A stretch of 55,241 nucleotides of DNA from a virus. Lineage: Duplodnaviria; Caudoviricetes. Positions 17,230 to 26,001 of this stretch are shown here, one piece after another; position 1 is the stretch's first letter; each line of letters starts with the position of its first letter. The position numbers and the translations under genes were made by a program. The notes beneath the pieces are model-generated. The model was given only the letters and a program-made list of their open reading frames with translations. It made no database searches and was not told the DNA's origin. The stretch lies in IMG/VR virus record IMGVR_UViG_3300032282_001003, positions 1-55,241 of that record. The stretch is one strand, 5' to 3'.

Positions 17230-18159
17230 ATGGCTATTTCACGCGCACAACTACTTAAAGAACTGCTCCCCGGTCTGAACGCTTTGTTCGGTATGGAGTA
17301 TGCTCGTTACGGCGAAGAGCACAAGGAAATCTATGAGACCGAGAAATCGGAGCGTAGCTTTGAAGAAGAAACCAAGCTTGCTGGTTTCGGTGCTGCTCCC
17401 GTTAAAAACGAGGGTCAAGCAATTGCGTATGACAATGCGCAAGAAGCTTTCACCGCACGCTACAACCACGAAACCATCGCCTTGGGCTTCTCGATCACCG
17501 AAGAAGCTGTGGAAGACAACCTGTATGACAGTCTGTCTGCTCGCTACACCAAGTCGCTGGCCCGTGCTATGGCGTACACCAAACAAGTTAAAGCCGCCTC
17601 CGTTATCAACAACGGTTTCAGCGGTTCGTACTTGGGCGGTGACGGTGTGTCCCTGTTCGGTGTGAACTCTTCCAGCAGCCAAGTGGGCCACCCACTGGTT
17701 GGCGGCGGTGTTAACCAGAACGCTCCTGCCACCGCTGTGGACTTGAACGAAACCTCGTTGGAAAATGCTGTGATCCAGATCGCTGCATGGACTGATGAGC
17801 GCGGTCTGTTGATCGCCGCCAAGCCCCGCAAGATGTTGGTTCCTCCGTCGCTGATGTTCGTTGCCAAGCGTTTGCTGGACACCGAACTGCGCGTTGGTAC
17901 GAACGACAACGACATCAACGCACTGAAGCAGATGGGCGCAATCCCTGAAGGCTACACCGTTAACCACTTCTTGACCGACACCAACGGCTGGTACCTGATT
18001 ACCGACGTTCCCAACGGCATGAAGCACTTCGAGCGTATCGCCCTGCAAAACAGCATGGACGGCGACTTCGATACCGGTAACGTGCGTTACAAGGCTCGTG
18101 AGCGTTACAGCTTCGGCTGGTCTGACCCTCTGGGCATGTGGGGTTCCGCTGGAGCCTAA
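17230..18159 (+). CDS. major capsid protein (HK97 fold, Mu GpT-like)
   Basis: MAISRAQLLKELLPGLNALFG, FSITEEAVEDNLY, GGDGVSLF, YKARERYSFGWSDP; strong TAAGGAG RBS; followed by a terminator. Confidence 0.92.
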   Translation: MAISRAQLLKELLPGLNALFGMEYARYGEEHKEIYETEKSERSFEEETKLAGFGAAPVKNEGQAIAYDNAQEAFTARYNHETIALGFSITEEAVEDNLYDSLSARYTKSLARAMAYTKQVKAASVINNGFSGSYLGGDGVSLFGVNSSSSQVGHPLVGGGVNQNAPATAVDLNETSLENAVIQIAAWTDERGLLIAAKPRKMLVPPSLMFVAKRLLDTELRVGTNDNDINALKQMGAIPEGYTVNHFLTDTNGWYLITDVPNGMKHFERIALQNSMDGDFDTGNVRYKARERYSFGWSDPLGMWGSAGA

Positions 18160-18196
18160 TCGGACTCAGTAAGGTAGAGGTGACTGGCCTGCCACT

Positions 18197-18224
18197 AGGG
18201 CCCCTTCGGGGGCCCTTTTTATTT
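18197..18224 (+). terminator. intrinsic terminator after the MCP
   Basis: AGGGCCCC-TTCG-GGGGCCCT followed by TTTTATTT. Confidence 0.9.
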
Positions 18225-18225
18225 A

Positions 18226-18254
18226 TTGCACAACCCGCAAAACCGTGATATATT
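18226..18254 (+). promoter_or_regulatory. sigma70-like promoter
   Basis: TTGCAC-N17-TATATT with extended TG at 18246-18247; same -35 hexamer as the promoter at 9853. Confidence 0.7.
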
Positions 18255-18261
18255 GCAACCA

Positions 18262-18345
18262 CTCCGGGGTTCCCGGTGCATCAAACTGACCCGGCAGACG
18301 ACATACCGATTGATGCACTGATCTTGTATGTAAGGATAATTTATC
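18262..18345 (+). ncRNA. putative structured (pseudoknotted) 5' leader RNA
   Basis: 11-bp helix 18274-18284/18310-18320; its loop can pair with 18264-18268 and with 18326-18331 next to the SD. Confidence 0.55.
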
Positions 18346-18813
18346 ATGGCAGTTTCTACCACCCAGAGTATTTGGCGTTCTGGCGGCGGCGATCAAACTC
18401 GCGCTGCGTACTGCGGTTCCGGCGTCATGGCCGCGACTTTCTACATCCCCGCTGCTGGCACCGCTGGCAACGTGCAGGCTTCTGCAACCAACACCGCCCG
18501 TGTTGTTTTGCCTGCTGGCGCAGTTCCCCTGAACATCATCATCAACGACACCGGCACCGGTCAAATTGATCTGGGCTTCACAGACGGAACCACCCCCTCG
18601 GCAAACGGCCTGCTCAACGACGCTGCCGTGACTGCCATTGCTTCGATTGCTGCTGGAGCCACTGGCTCGGGCGCATCGCTGGGCACCGTGCTGAGCGCAA
18701 CCAAGAACGTGACAATCACCAACGCTGTTGGCGGAACACCGGGCACCGGTACCGTTGGCGGTGTGATCGTGTACTACGTCACCGACCCCTACGCTGGCCA
18801 GCAAAACGTCTAA
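18346..18813 (+). CDS. virion structural protein (probable capsid decoration/spike)
   Basis: Gly/Ala/Thr-rich beta protein with LPAGA motif, after the MCP. Confidence 0.65.
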   Translation: MAVSTTQSIWRSGGGDQTRAAYCGSGVMAATFYIPAAGTAGNVQASATNTARVVLPAGAVPLNIIINDTGTGQIDLGFTDGTTPSANGLLNDAAVTAIASIAAGATGSGASLGTVLSATKNVTITNAVGGTPGTGTVGGVIVYYVTDPYAGQQNV

Positions 18814-18822
18814 TTAATCTTG

Positions 18823-18843
18823 AGGGGGCCTTGAGCCCCCTTT
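18823..18843 (+). terminator. hairpin/weak terminator
   Basis: AGGGGGC-CTTGA-GCCCCCT-TT. Confidence 0.55.
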
Positions 18844-18859
18844 GTCAAAGGAGATTGAT

Positions 18860-19351
18860 ATGACGATGCAATATGATGTCAAGTCGTTCCACGTAATGAC
18901 GGGGACGCCTTCGGGTACTACCCAGCGCACGCGCTTAAAAGGTGCTGTTGTTTCCAATAGCGTTTCGGGTACTTCGGCAAACGTGTTTTTTGCAAATAAC
19001 ACATACATCAGTGGGACGTACAACGTTCCCGGCACAACGGTGTGTACAGTCACAACGGCCACGGCACACGGTTTAACCACCGGTGATCGTGTTTGGCTGG
19101 ACTTTACTTCTGGTACATCGACGGACAACGTTTACACTGTCACAGTAACCTCCACGGTGGCATTTACGGTGGCGGTAGCTTCTGCAACAACTAGCGGCAA
19201 TGTGAAAGTCTACACACAAGGTTTGATGGAAGTGGACATTACAAACAGCGTGCCTGTTGCAGTGACTATTCCGGGCGAAGGTATTTTGGCGGCAAACGGT
19301 ATTTTTGTTGGAACGCCAGCAAATATTGCAGCTACGGTGTTCTATGGCTAA
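18860..19351 (+). CDS. virion structural protein with inserted beta-barrel (TAHGLxxGD) module
   Basis: TVTTATAHGLTTGDRVWLDF insert; IPGEGIL...ATVFYG C-terminus. Confidence 0.65.
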   Translation: MTMQYDVKSFHVMTGTPSGTTQRTRLKGAVVSNSVSGTSANVFFANNTYISGTYNVPGTTVCTVTTATAHGLTTGDRVWLDFTSGTSTDNVYTVTVTSTVAFTVAVASATTSGNVKVYTQGLMEVDITNSVPVAVTIPGEGILAANGIFVGTPANIAATVFYG

Positions 19352-19589
19352 GTCGCCCGCATGGACACGCAAAGAAGGCAAGAACCCCAATGGTGGCTTG
19401 AACGCCAAGGGGCGCGCCTCGGCCAAAAAGCAAGGGATGAATTTAAAACCTCCCCAGCCGGAAGGCGGCAGCAGGCGCGACTCCTTTTGCGCAAGGATGT
19501 CTGGGATGAAGAAAAAACTCACCAGCGAGAAGACGGCCAAAGACCCGAATTCCCGTATCAATAAGAGCCTGCGGGCTTGGAACTGCTGA
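19344..19589 (+). CDS. small basic protein (DUF6321-like)
   Basis: KEGKNPNGGLNAKGRAS...RRDSFCARM...PNSRINKSLRAWNC. Confidence 0.75.
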   Translation: MAKSPAWTRKEGKNPNGGLNAKGRASAKKQGMNLKPPQPEGGSRRDSFCARMSGMKKKLTSEKTAKDPNSRINKSLRAWNC

Positions 19590-19596
19590 GGGTAGT

Positions 19597-19785
19597 ATGT
19601 CTGATATTGAGTTGACAGACCGCGAACGCCTGATTGCCAAGGAAGCTGCAAAGCTTGCCCTTGAAGAGTTGTCTTCTGAGTTTTACAAAAAAGTTGGTAA
19701 GACTGTGGTGGACAAAGTTTTGATTGGTCTTGGTGTGCTTGTAGTCGGTTTTGTCCTAGGCAAAGGCTGGATCATCAAGGTCTAA
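19597..19785 (+). CDS. small protein with a C-terminal transmembrane helix
   Basis: VLIGLGVLVVGFVLG hydrophobic stretch. Confidence 0.7.
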   Translation: MSDIELTDRERLIAKEAAKLALEELSSEFYKKVGKTVVDKVLIGLGVLVVGFVLGKGWIIKV

Positions 19786-19786
19786 C

Positions 19787-20320
19787 ATGCCAAGCACCAG
19801 TAAAAAACAACACAACTTCATGGCAGCAGTGGCCAAGAATCCTGCTTTTGCCAAGAAGGTTGGTATCAAACCAAGCGTTGGCGAGGACTTCCTCCAAGCT
19901 GACAAAGGTAGGAAGTTTGGCTCAGGCGGGTATACCCGCCCGGACAGGCAGAAAATCAACAAGCCAAAGACCGCGCACGGGGCTATGGCACTTTTTTCAA
20001 AAGGTGGCGATATGGCTACAAAGAAACTGTTCGGCGGCAAGGAATCCGTGAAGGAAGAACTTGCAGAAGCCAAAGCAATCAAATCTGGGAAGATCACCCC
20101 CATGCAGTACGCTAAAGGTGAAAAATCTGAAGGAGTACACGAGATGAAAAGCATGAAGAAAATGGCTTCCGGTGGCATCACCAACGCCAAAATGTCCCCT
20201 GTCCGCACTGCTGCCCCCAGCCGTGATGGCATCGCATCCAAAGGTAAAACCAAGGGCACGATGGTGACCATGAAGGGTAGCGCTCCTCTGGGTATGAAGC
20301 GCGGCGGCAAAGCCTGCTAA
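19787..20320 (+). CDS. very basic low-complexity putative internal virion protein
   Basis: MPSTSKKQHNFMAAVAKNPAFAKKVGI; Lys-rich; several xxxGG motifs. Confidence 0.75.
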   Translation: MPSTSKKQHNFMAAVAKNPAFAKKVGIKPSVGEDFLQADKGRKFGSGGYTRPDRQKINKPKTAHGAMALFSKGGDMATKKLFGGKESVKEELAEAKAIKSGKITPMQYAKGEKSEGVHEMKSMKKMASGGITNAKMSPVRTAAPSRDGIASKGKTKGTMVTMKGSAPLGMKRGGKAC

Positions 20321-20323
20321 ACC

Positions 20324-20485
20324 ATGATGGCCAGCCGAGGGATGGGGGACATCAACCCATCCAAAATGCCCAAAGCCAAGACGATCACCCGCAAGGATGA
20401 TCCGAACAAAGTCACCATGTACAAGCGTGGTGGCGTTGCAACTAAGCGTGCCTGCTACGGCGGCATGATGAAAAGCAAAAAGTAA
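20324..20485 (+). CDS. small basic protein, 53 aa (MMASRGMGDINPSKMPK...YKRGG...)
   Basis: translated by hand; TAATG-coupled to the next ORF. Confidence 0.7.
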   Translation: MMASRGMGDINPSKMPKAKTITRKDDPNKVTMYKRGGVATKRACYGGMMKSKK

Positions 20486-20637
20486 TGGCCACCAAACCCG
20501 GCTTGTACGCAAACATTCACGCCAAACAAAAGCGAATAGCTGAAGGTTCGGGCGAGAAGATGCGCAAGGTCGGCAGCAAAGGTGCCCCTATTAAGGCAGA
20601 CTTCGTAAAGTCGGCAAAAACCGCAAGGAAGAAGTGA
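20485..20637 (+). CDS. small basic protein, 50 aa (MATKPGLYANIHAKQKRIAEGSGEKMRK...)
   Basis: translated by hand; coupled on both sides. Confidence 0.75.
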   Translation: MATKPGLYANIHAKQKRIAEGSGEKMRKVGSKGAPIKADFVKSAKTARKK

Positions 20638-20810
20638 TGGCTGAAAAATGGATTCAGAGCGCGATCAAGAAGCCCGGTGCCCTGCGCTCAGCGCTTGGTG
20701 CCAAAAAAGGCGAGCCGATTCCTGCCAAGAAGTTGGCAGCGGCAGCTAAAAAGCCGGGCAAGATGGGCCAACGTGCACGACTGGCACAAACGCTTAAAGG
20801 TATGAAATGA
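20637..20810 (+). CDS. small basic protein, 57 aa (MAEKWIQSAIKKPGALRSALG...RARLAQTLKGMK)
   Basis: translated by hand; TGATG/ATGA coupling. Confidence 0.75.
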   Translation: MAEKWIQSAIKKPGALRSALGAKKGEPIPAKKLAAAAKKPGKMGQRARLAQTLKGMK

Positions 20811-21754
20811 CCACATCGGGGCTTACCACTTTTAACCTTGACCTCAACGAAGTAGTTGAGGAAGCGTTTGAGCGGGCGGGCTCCGAACTTCGCACGGGCT
20901 ATGACTTGCGCACGGCCCGTCGGTCGCTTAACTTGTTGTTTGCTGACTGGGCCAACCGTGGCATCAATATGTGGACGTTTGAGCAGCAGACGATCACCCT
21001 TGTAGCAGGACAGCCGACCTATGCGCTACCTGACGACACGGTGGATTTGTTGGAGCATGTCATCCGCACCAACGCCAATGTGACCAACAATCAGGCCGAC
21101 CTGACCATTACGCGTATCAGTGTTTCTACCTACGCCACCATCCCCAACAAGCTGATTCAGGGCCGTCCCATCCAAGTCTGGGTGCAGCGGCTGACTGGAA
21201 GTAGCTCCGTGTTGCCGGGAACCGTGCAGGCAACCATTGGCGCGACGGATACCACGATACCTATCACATCGCTGTCTGGGGTGCCGACAGCCGGATTCAT
21301 CACGATCGGCTCCGAACTGATTGCCTACAACGAGACGACCCCAGCAAGCGGCTCAACGCCCGCATACTTGCTCAACTGCTGCCGTGGGCAGGACGGGACG
21401 ACTGCGGCCAGCCATAGCACTGGGGCGGCAATCTCGCTGAACCAGAAGAACAGCATCACCGTCTGGCCAACACCAGACCCCGGCACGACCTATCAGTTTG
21501 TGTACTGGCGCATGCGCCGCATGTATGACGCTGGCAGTGGCTCCAAGACAATGGACGTGCCGTTTCGCTTCCTGCCCTGCCTTGTTGCAGGACTGGCGTA
21601 TTACGTGGCGCTGAAGGTGCCCGATGGGTTGAATCGCCTTGACGTGCTCAAGTCGCAGTATGACGAGGCATGGCAACTGGCTGCTGGAGAGGATCAAGAG
21701 AAGGCTTCTGTGCGCTTTGTGCCACGGCAGCAGTTCATTGGAAGCGGTACTTAA
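20807..21754 (+). CDS. head-tail adaptor/tail tubular-type protein with an inserted domain
   Basis: EEAFERAG, ARRSLNLLFADWANRG, WPTPD, DVPFRFLPCLVAGLAYY; insert ending RGQDGTTAASH. Confidence 0.7.
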   Translation: MTTSGLTTFNLDLNEVVEEAFERAGSELRTGYDLRTARRSLNLLFADWANRGINMWTFEQQTITLVAGQPTYALPDDTVDLLEHVIRTNANVTNNQADLTITRISVSTYATIPNKLIQGRPIQVWVQRLTGSSSVLPGTVQATIGATDTTIPITSLSGVPTAGFITIGSELIAYNETTPASGSTPAYLLNCCRGQDGTTAASHSTGAAISLNQKNSITVWPTPDPGTTYQFVYWRMRRMYDAGSGSKTMDVPFRFLPCLVAGLAYYVALKVPDGLNRLDVLKSQYDEAWQLAAGEDQEKASVRFVPRQQFIGSGT

Positions 21755-22183
21755 ATGGGAAACCGGTTTTCGTCCGGCAAGAACGCCATTGCGGAATGCG
21801 ACCGCTGTGGGTTTCGGTTCAAGCTGCACGAATTACGCAAGGAAATCATCAAGACCAAGAACTACAATCTCTTGGTCTGCCGGATATGCTGGGACCCAGA
21901 CCAGCCCCAGTTGCAACTGGGCATGTACCCGGTGGATGACCCACAAGGGGTGCGCGATCCGCGCCCCGATTTGAGCTACTATCAATCTGGCAACACAGGG
22001 TTGCAGATTGTTTTGACAAACGGCTCCGGCAAAGATGCTGCGGGCTTACCGTCAGAGGGTAGCAGGGTATTCCAGTGGGGCTGGAACCCGGTTGGTGGGT
22101 CGAGAAGTTTTGATGACCCGTTGACGCCAAACTACTTGGTGTTGAACGTGGAAATTGGTACAGTAACGGTGGCAACGACATAA
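21755..22183 (+). CDS. conserved protein with CxxC...CxxC zinc ribbon
   Basis: CDRCGFR...VCRICWDPDQPQL...DPRPD. Confidence 0.75.
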   Translation: MGNRFSSGKNAIAECDRCGFRFKLHELRKEIIKTKNYNLLVCRICWDPDQPQLQLGMYPVDDPQGVRDPRPDLSYYQSGNTGLQIVLTNGSGKDAAGLPSEGSRVFQWGWNPVGGSRSFDDPLTPNYLVLNVEIGTVTVATT

Positions 22184-22193
22184 GGAGTCGATC

Positions 22194-22370
22194 ATGGACA
22201 CGAAGACAGTAAAGAAAATCGCCGACACGGAAGTGAAGGCTCACGAGCGCCGTATGCACCCCGGTGCCAAGAAGATGGCTGCTGGCGGCGTAACTAGCAA
22301 GGCAATGATGCAAATGGGCCGCAATATGGCTCGTGTTGCCAACCAACGCTCTACCGGTCGCGGAGGCTAA
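22194..22370 (+). CDS. small basic protein, 58 aa (MDTKTVKKIADTEVKAHERRMH...KKMAAGG...)
   Basis: TAAGGAG RBS; translated by hand. Confidence 0.75.
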   Translation: MDTKTVKKIADTEVKAHERRMHPGAKKMAAGGVTSKAMMQMGRNMARVANQRSTGRGG

Positions 22371-22372
22371 TC

Positions 22373-22615
22373 ATGGCAAAAATCAACAACCTGCCCGCTT
22401 CGGCGTATGCCAAGCCGCACACAATGAGCGGCAAAGCGGTCAAGATTTCCGACAACCCCGGTGGCGTGCCCAACAAAGAGTACCTGCGTAATGCGAACGT
22501 CTCTGTGGCCAACTCGCGCAGCAATGACTACCCCGGCACCAAAACTAGCGGTATCAAGATTCGCGGCACTGGTGCAGCTACCAAAGGTGTGATGGCACGA
22601 GGCCCGATGGCATGA
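22373..22615 (+). CDS. small basic protein, 80 aa
   Basis: GGAGG RBS; C-terminal IRGTGAATKG...RGPMA. Confidence 0.75.
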   Translation: MAKINNLPASAYAKPHTMSGKAVKISDNPGGVPNKEYLRNANVSVANSRSNDYPGTKTSGIKIRGTGAATKGVMARGPMA

Positions 22616-23310
22616 ACTACTCTGAGCTTTCGTCGGCGATACAGACATACACGGAAAACAATTTTCCGACGATTACCCTTGCGGACTCGTCTACTGTATC
22701 TTCGACGGCTCAGATTAACCGGTTCATTGAGCAGGCCGAGCAACGCATCTACAACTCGGTGCAGTTTCCCTCGTTGCGCAAAAACGTGACGGGGACGATT
22801 ACGGCCAACAACAAGTACCTGTCTTGCCCGGATGATTTCTTGGCACCGTACTCCTTGGCCGTGTACCCATACGGTGGTGGGGATTACAGCTACCTGCTCA
22901 ACAAGGATGTCAACTTCGTGCGCGAGGCATACCCCAGCCCCACCGATACTGGCACACCCAAGTACTACGCGCTGTTTGGCCCCACAGTTAGCGGCTCCAC
23001 AATTTCCAACGAACTGAGCTTTATCCTTGGCCCAACGCCGGATGCCGCCTACTCCGCAGAGCTTCACTATTACTACTATCCCGAGTCGATCACTACGGCC
23101 ACGACAACTTGGCTGGGCGACAACTTCGACACCGTGCTGCTGTACGGTGCGCTGGTGGAGGCGTACACCTTCATGAAAGGTGAGCAGGACTTGATCTCGC
23201 TGTATGACGGCAAGTACAAGGAAGCCCTTGGACTGGCCAAACGTCTGGGCGATGGTATGGAGCGTCAAGACGCCTACCGCTCTGGGCAGTACCGACAAAG
23301 GGTGACCTAA
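22612..23310 (+). CDS. head-tail adaptor protein
   Basis: FIEQAEQRI, GTPKYYA, GPTPD, TTWL...LLYGALVEAY.FMK motifs of podovirus adaptors. Confidence 0.75.
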   Translation: MNYSELSSAIQTYTENNFPTITLADSSTVSSTAQINRFIEQAEQRIYNSVQFPSLRKNVTGTITANNKYLSCPDDFLAPYSLAVYPYGGGDYSYLLNKDVNFVREAYPSPTDTGTPKYYALFGPTVSGSTISNELSFILGPTPDAAYSAELHYYYYPESITTATTTWLGDNFDTVLLYGALVEAYTFMKGEQDLISLYDGKYKEALGLAKRLGDGMERQDAYRSGQYRQRVT

Positions 23311-23311
23311 C

Positions 23312-23734
23312 ATGGCACTTACCCAAGGCGCTACCAACACGTTCAAGACTGGCTTGGCGTCGGGCACGTTCAACTTCAACACGGACACATTCAAGATTGC
23401 CCTGTACACCGGGGCGGCTAGTTTGGATGCGACGACGGGCTCGTACACCAGCAGCGGGGAAGTCTCTGCTTCAGGCTACACCGCAGGCGGCGAGGTACTG
23501 ACTGTCACCACAACGCCGACCACCGGGAACACGGGGACAGTCGCCTACGTGTCCTTTGCCAACGTGAGTTGGACTTCCACGCTTACGGCGCGGGGAGCTT
23601 TGATCTATAAAGACGGCGGCAGCAATCCGACCGTTTGTGTCTTGGACTTTGGTTCGGACAAGACATCGACCGCAACTTTTACTGTTCAGTTCCCCACCGC
23701 AAACAACACGGATGCGATAATCCGCATAGCATAG
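23312..23734 (+). CDS. tail/virion structural protein
   Basis: FKIALYT...EVSASGYTAGG...ARGALIY...VLDFG...FTVQFP. Confidence 0.7.
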   Translation: MALTQGATNTFKTGLASGTFNFNTDTFKIALYTGAASLDATTGSYTSSGEVSASGYTAGGEVLTVTTTPTTGNTGTVAYVSFANVSWTSTLTARGALIYKDGGSNPTVCVLDFGSDKTSTATFTVQFPTANNTDAIIRIA

Positions 23735-23742
23735 GATTTAAT

Positions 23743-23937
23743 ATGGCACTTGTCACTACCACCAAAGGCGATATGGACGATTCCCAGCTTGAAAAGCGGG
23801 AAGGTACAGTCGATAATGACAACGAGTTAACAACATGGGTTGAGTACTGGTTGGATGGGGAGCTTGTTCACAGGTCTGCCCATGTTATTTTGAAAAAAAT
23901 GCCGACCTTTGCGGGTGGCGAAGCTGCTTCTTTTTAA
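23743..23937 (+). CDS. small hypothetical protein, 64 aa
   Basis: ATG 23743 with AGGA RBS; WVEYWLDGELVHRS. Confidence 0.7.
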   Translation: MALVTTTKGDMDDSQLEKREGTVDNDNELTTWVEYWLDGELVHRSAHVILKKMPTFAGGEAASF

Positions 23938-23946
23938 GGAAATATC

Positions 23947-24438
23947 ATGGCAAATACTCAATCAATGTGCACATCGTTCCTTGGTGAACTGATGTTGGGT
24001 CAGCACCAACTGGGCGCTTCTACCATTACTTCGCGTGGCAGCTTGACTTCGCCTACTACTGACACCGTGAAAGCGGCGCTGTACTTGGCTTCGGCTACCC
24101 TGAACGCCAGCACCACAGCATATTCTGCTACCGGCGAAGTTACCGGTACTGGTTATACGGCTGGCGGTGTTACGGTAACCAACGCTACGGCACCCACATC
24201 TACCAACTCGTCTACCACGGCTGGTGTAGGTTACTGGACTCCTTCTGCATCAATCAGCTACACGACCGTTACGCTGACCACTGCATTTGACACGGTTCTG
24301 ATCTACAACTCTACCCAGAGCAACAAGGCTATCAGCGTTCACACGTTTGGTTCGCAGACTATTACGTCTGGAACTTTTACGCTGACAATGCCTTCTAACA
24401 CCACGACTACTGCGCTGATTCGTCTAGCGACAACCTAA
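23947..24438 (+). CDS. tail/virion structural protein, paralog of 23312..23734
   Basis: shares KxALY, EVxxxGYTAGG, LIY, FG...FT and AxIR motifs. Confidence 0.75.
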   Translation: MANTQSMCTSFLGELMLGQHQLGASTITSRGSLTSPTTDTVKAALYLASATLNASTTAYSATGEVTGTGYTAGGVTVTNATAPTSTNSSTTAGVGYWTPSASISYTTVTLTTAFDTVLIYNSTQSNKAISVHTFGSQTITSGTFTLTMPSNTTTTALIRLATT

Positions 24439-24463
24439 GCGGAGGCGGCGTATGCCGTAAACC

Positions 24464-25993
24464 ATGTTTGGTATATCCGCGTTTTCAGCCGCCCCCTTTT
24501 CTAGTCTTAGCGAGGGGGCATCGGTAACTGTTGCCCTTACGGGCGTATCAGCTACAGGCTCTGTTGGAAATGTTACCGATAGCAGAACTATTGCTCTGGT
24601 AGGCGTAGTTGCGGCTGGAGCAGTTGGCACTACTACTGCCAACAACACAACCTCCCTATCTGGAGTCACAGCTTCAGGCGCAGTAGGCACAGTCTCTGTA
24701 GCCGGAAGAAGCTTTGCGCTTACTGGCGTTTCCGCAGCGGGAAATGTTGGCACTGTTTCAGATGCAACCACTATCTCTATATCTGGAGTAGTTGCGTCCG
24801 GCTTGGTGGGCACAGTAGCCCCGAGCATATCTACTGCGATCACAGGCGTTTCTGCATCAGGGCTTGTAGGAAATGTAACGCCAAGCAAATCTGTTTCTAT
24901 AACGGGCGTTGCAGCTTCTGGCTTGGTTGGGTCAGTAACTAAATCAACAAATATTGCGCTAACAGGAACTGAGGCGCAAGCTACCGTTGGTGGTGTTTCT
25001 GAAGAAAACACGCCTGAAATACAAGAAGTCCACGCTGACTGCTATGTTGGCACAGTCGACGCCGGGTTAGTTATTGCCCTTAGCGGCGTAACGGCAAGCG
25101 GGACTGTTGGGGATATTGTATTTGGCAATCCAATCTATCTTACCAGCGTAACCGCAAATGGGGATGTTGGCACAGTCTCTGTAGATGAGCGGTTTATTGC
25201 AATAACTGGTGTGTCCGCTAGTGGTGGTGTTGGGACAATTACTTCCAATATTACAACTAATATATCTGGGGTTCAGGCTTCTGGTAATACTGGGTTTGTA
25301 TCTGTTGCAGCGCGTTCTTTAGTTTTAACCGGCAATAGCGCAACTGGTGGCGTTGGAACCATAATTCCTACAGAGCGCATTTTTACTCTGTCTGGCGTTT
25401 CTGCTTCTGGTAGTGTTGGCACAGTCAGTTCAAACATAACCGTTGCCATCACCGGGGTTTCTGCTCAAGGCAGTGTTGGCAATGTTGTGCAAGGGAAGGC
25501 GTATAGCATTACAGGTGTTACTGCATCCGGTAACGTAGGCACGGTTTCTGCCAGTGAATCTGAATCAAGTATAGGTGTTGCTGCGCAAGGAGCCGTGGGG
25601 ACTGCTGCGCCTAGTTTGAATATTGCCTTGACCGGCGTTTCCGCGTCTGGCGCTGTTGGAAATGTTGGGCAGGGACAGGCATATGGAATTACAGGCGTTT
25701 CTGCTGCTGGAAACCTTGGCAGTGTTAGTGTTGGGGCTAGGACATTTGCGCTTACTGGTGTGCAGGCAAACGGGTTTGTTGGCACAATTATTCCGGTCAA
25801 CTGGCTAATAATAGATGACAGCCAGACCGCAAACTGGCAAAATATATCTGACGCGCAGACGGCAGCATGGACTGCTATTTCAAATGCTCAATCCTCAAGC
25901 TGGTCAGAAATCAGCAACGCGCAGACACCTAGCTGGTCTACAATCCAAGACGATCAGGCCCCAAACTGGGTGTTGATTGACAATTCACCGTAG
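24464..25993 (+). CDS. tandem-repeat fibre-like structural protein
   Basis: about 16-17 repeats of about 25 aa (LTGVSASGxVGTV); five C-terminal QxxxWxxI repeats. Confidence 0.75.
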   Translation: MFGISAFSAAPFSSLSEGASVTVALTGVSATGSVGNVTDSRTIALVGVVAAGAVGTTTANNTTSLSGVTASGAVGTVSVAGRSFALTGVSAAGNVGTVSDATTISISGVVASGLVGTVAPSISTAITGVSASGLVGNVTPSKSVSITGVAASGLVGSVTKSTNIALTGTEAQATVGGVSEENTPEIQEVHADCYVGTVDAGLVIALSGVTASGTVGDIVFGNPIYLTSVTANGDVGTVSVDERFIAITGVSASGGVGTITSNITTNISGVQASGNTGFVSVAARSLVLTGNSATGGVGTIIPTERIFTLSGVSASGSVGTVSSNITVAITGVSAQGSVGNVVQGKAYSITGVTASGNVGTVSASESESSIGVAAQGAVGTAAPSLNIALTGVSASGAVGNVGQGQAYGITGVSAAGNLGSVSVGARTFALTGVQANGFVGTIIPVNWLIIDDSQTANWQNISDAQTAAWTAISNAQSSSWSEISNAQTPSWSTIQDDQAPNWVLIDNSP

Positions 25994-26001
25994 AGGCATA
26001 A

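Noticed and set aside
18262-18345. Hammerhead ribozyme
   Set aside because: CAGACGA deviates from CUGANGA and there is no correctly placed GAAA core; kept as an unclassified structured RNA.
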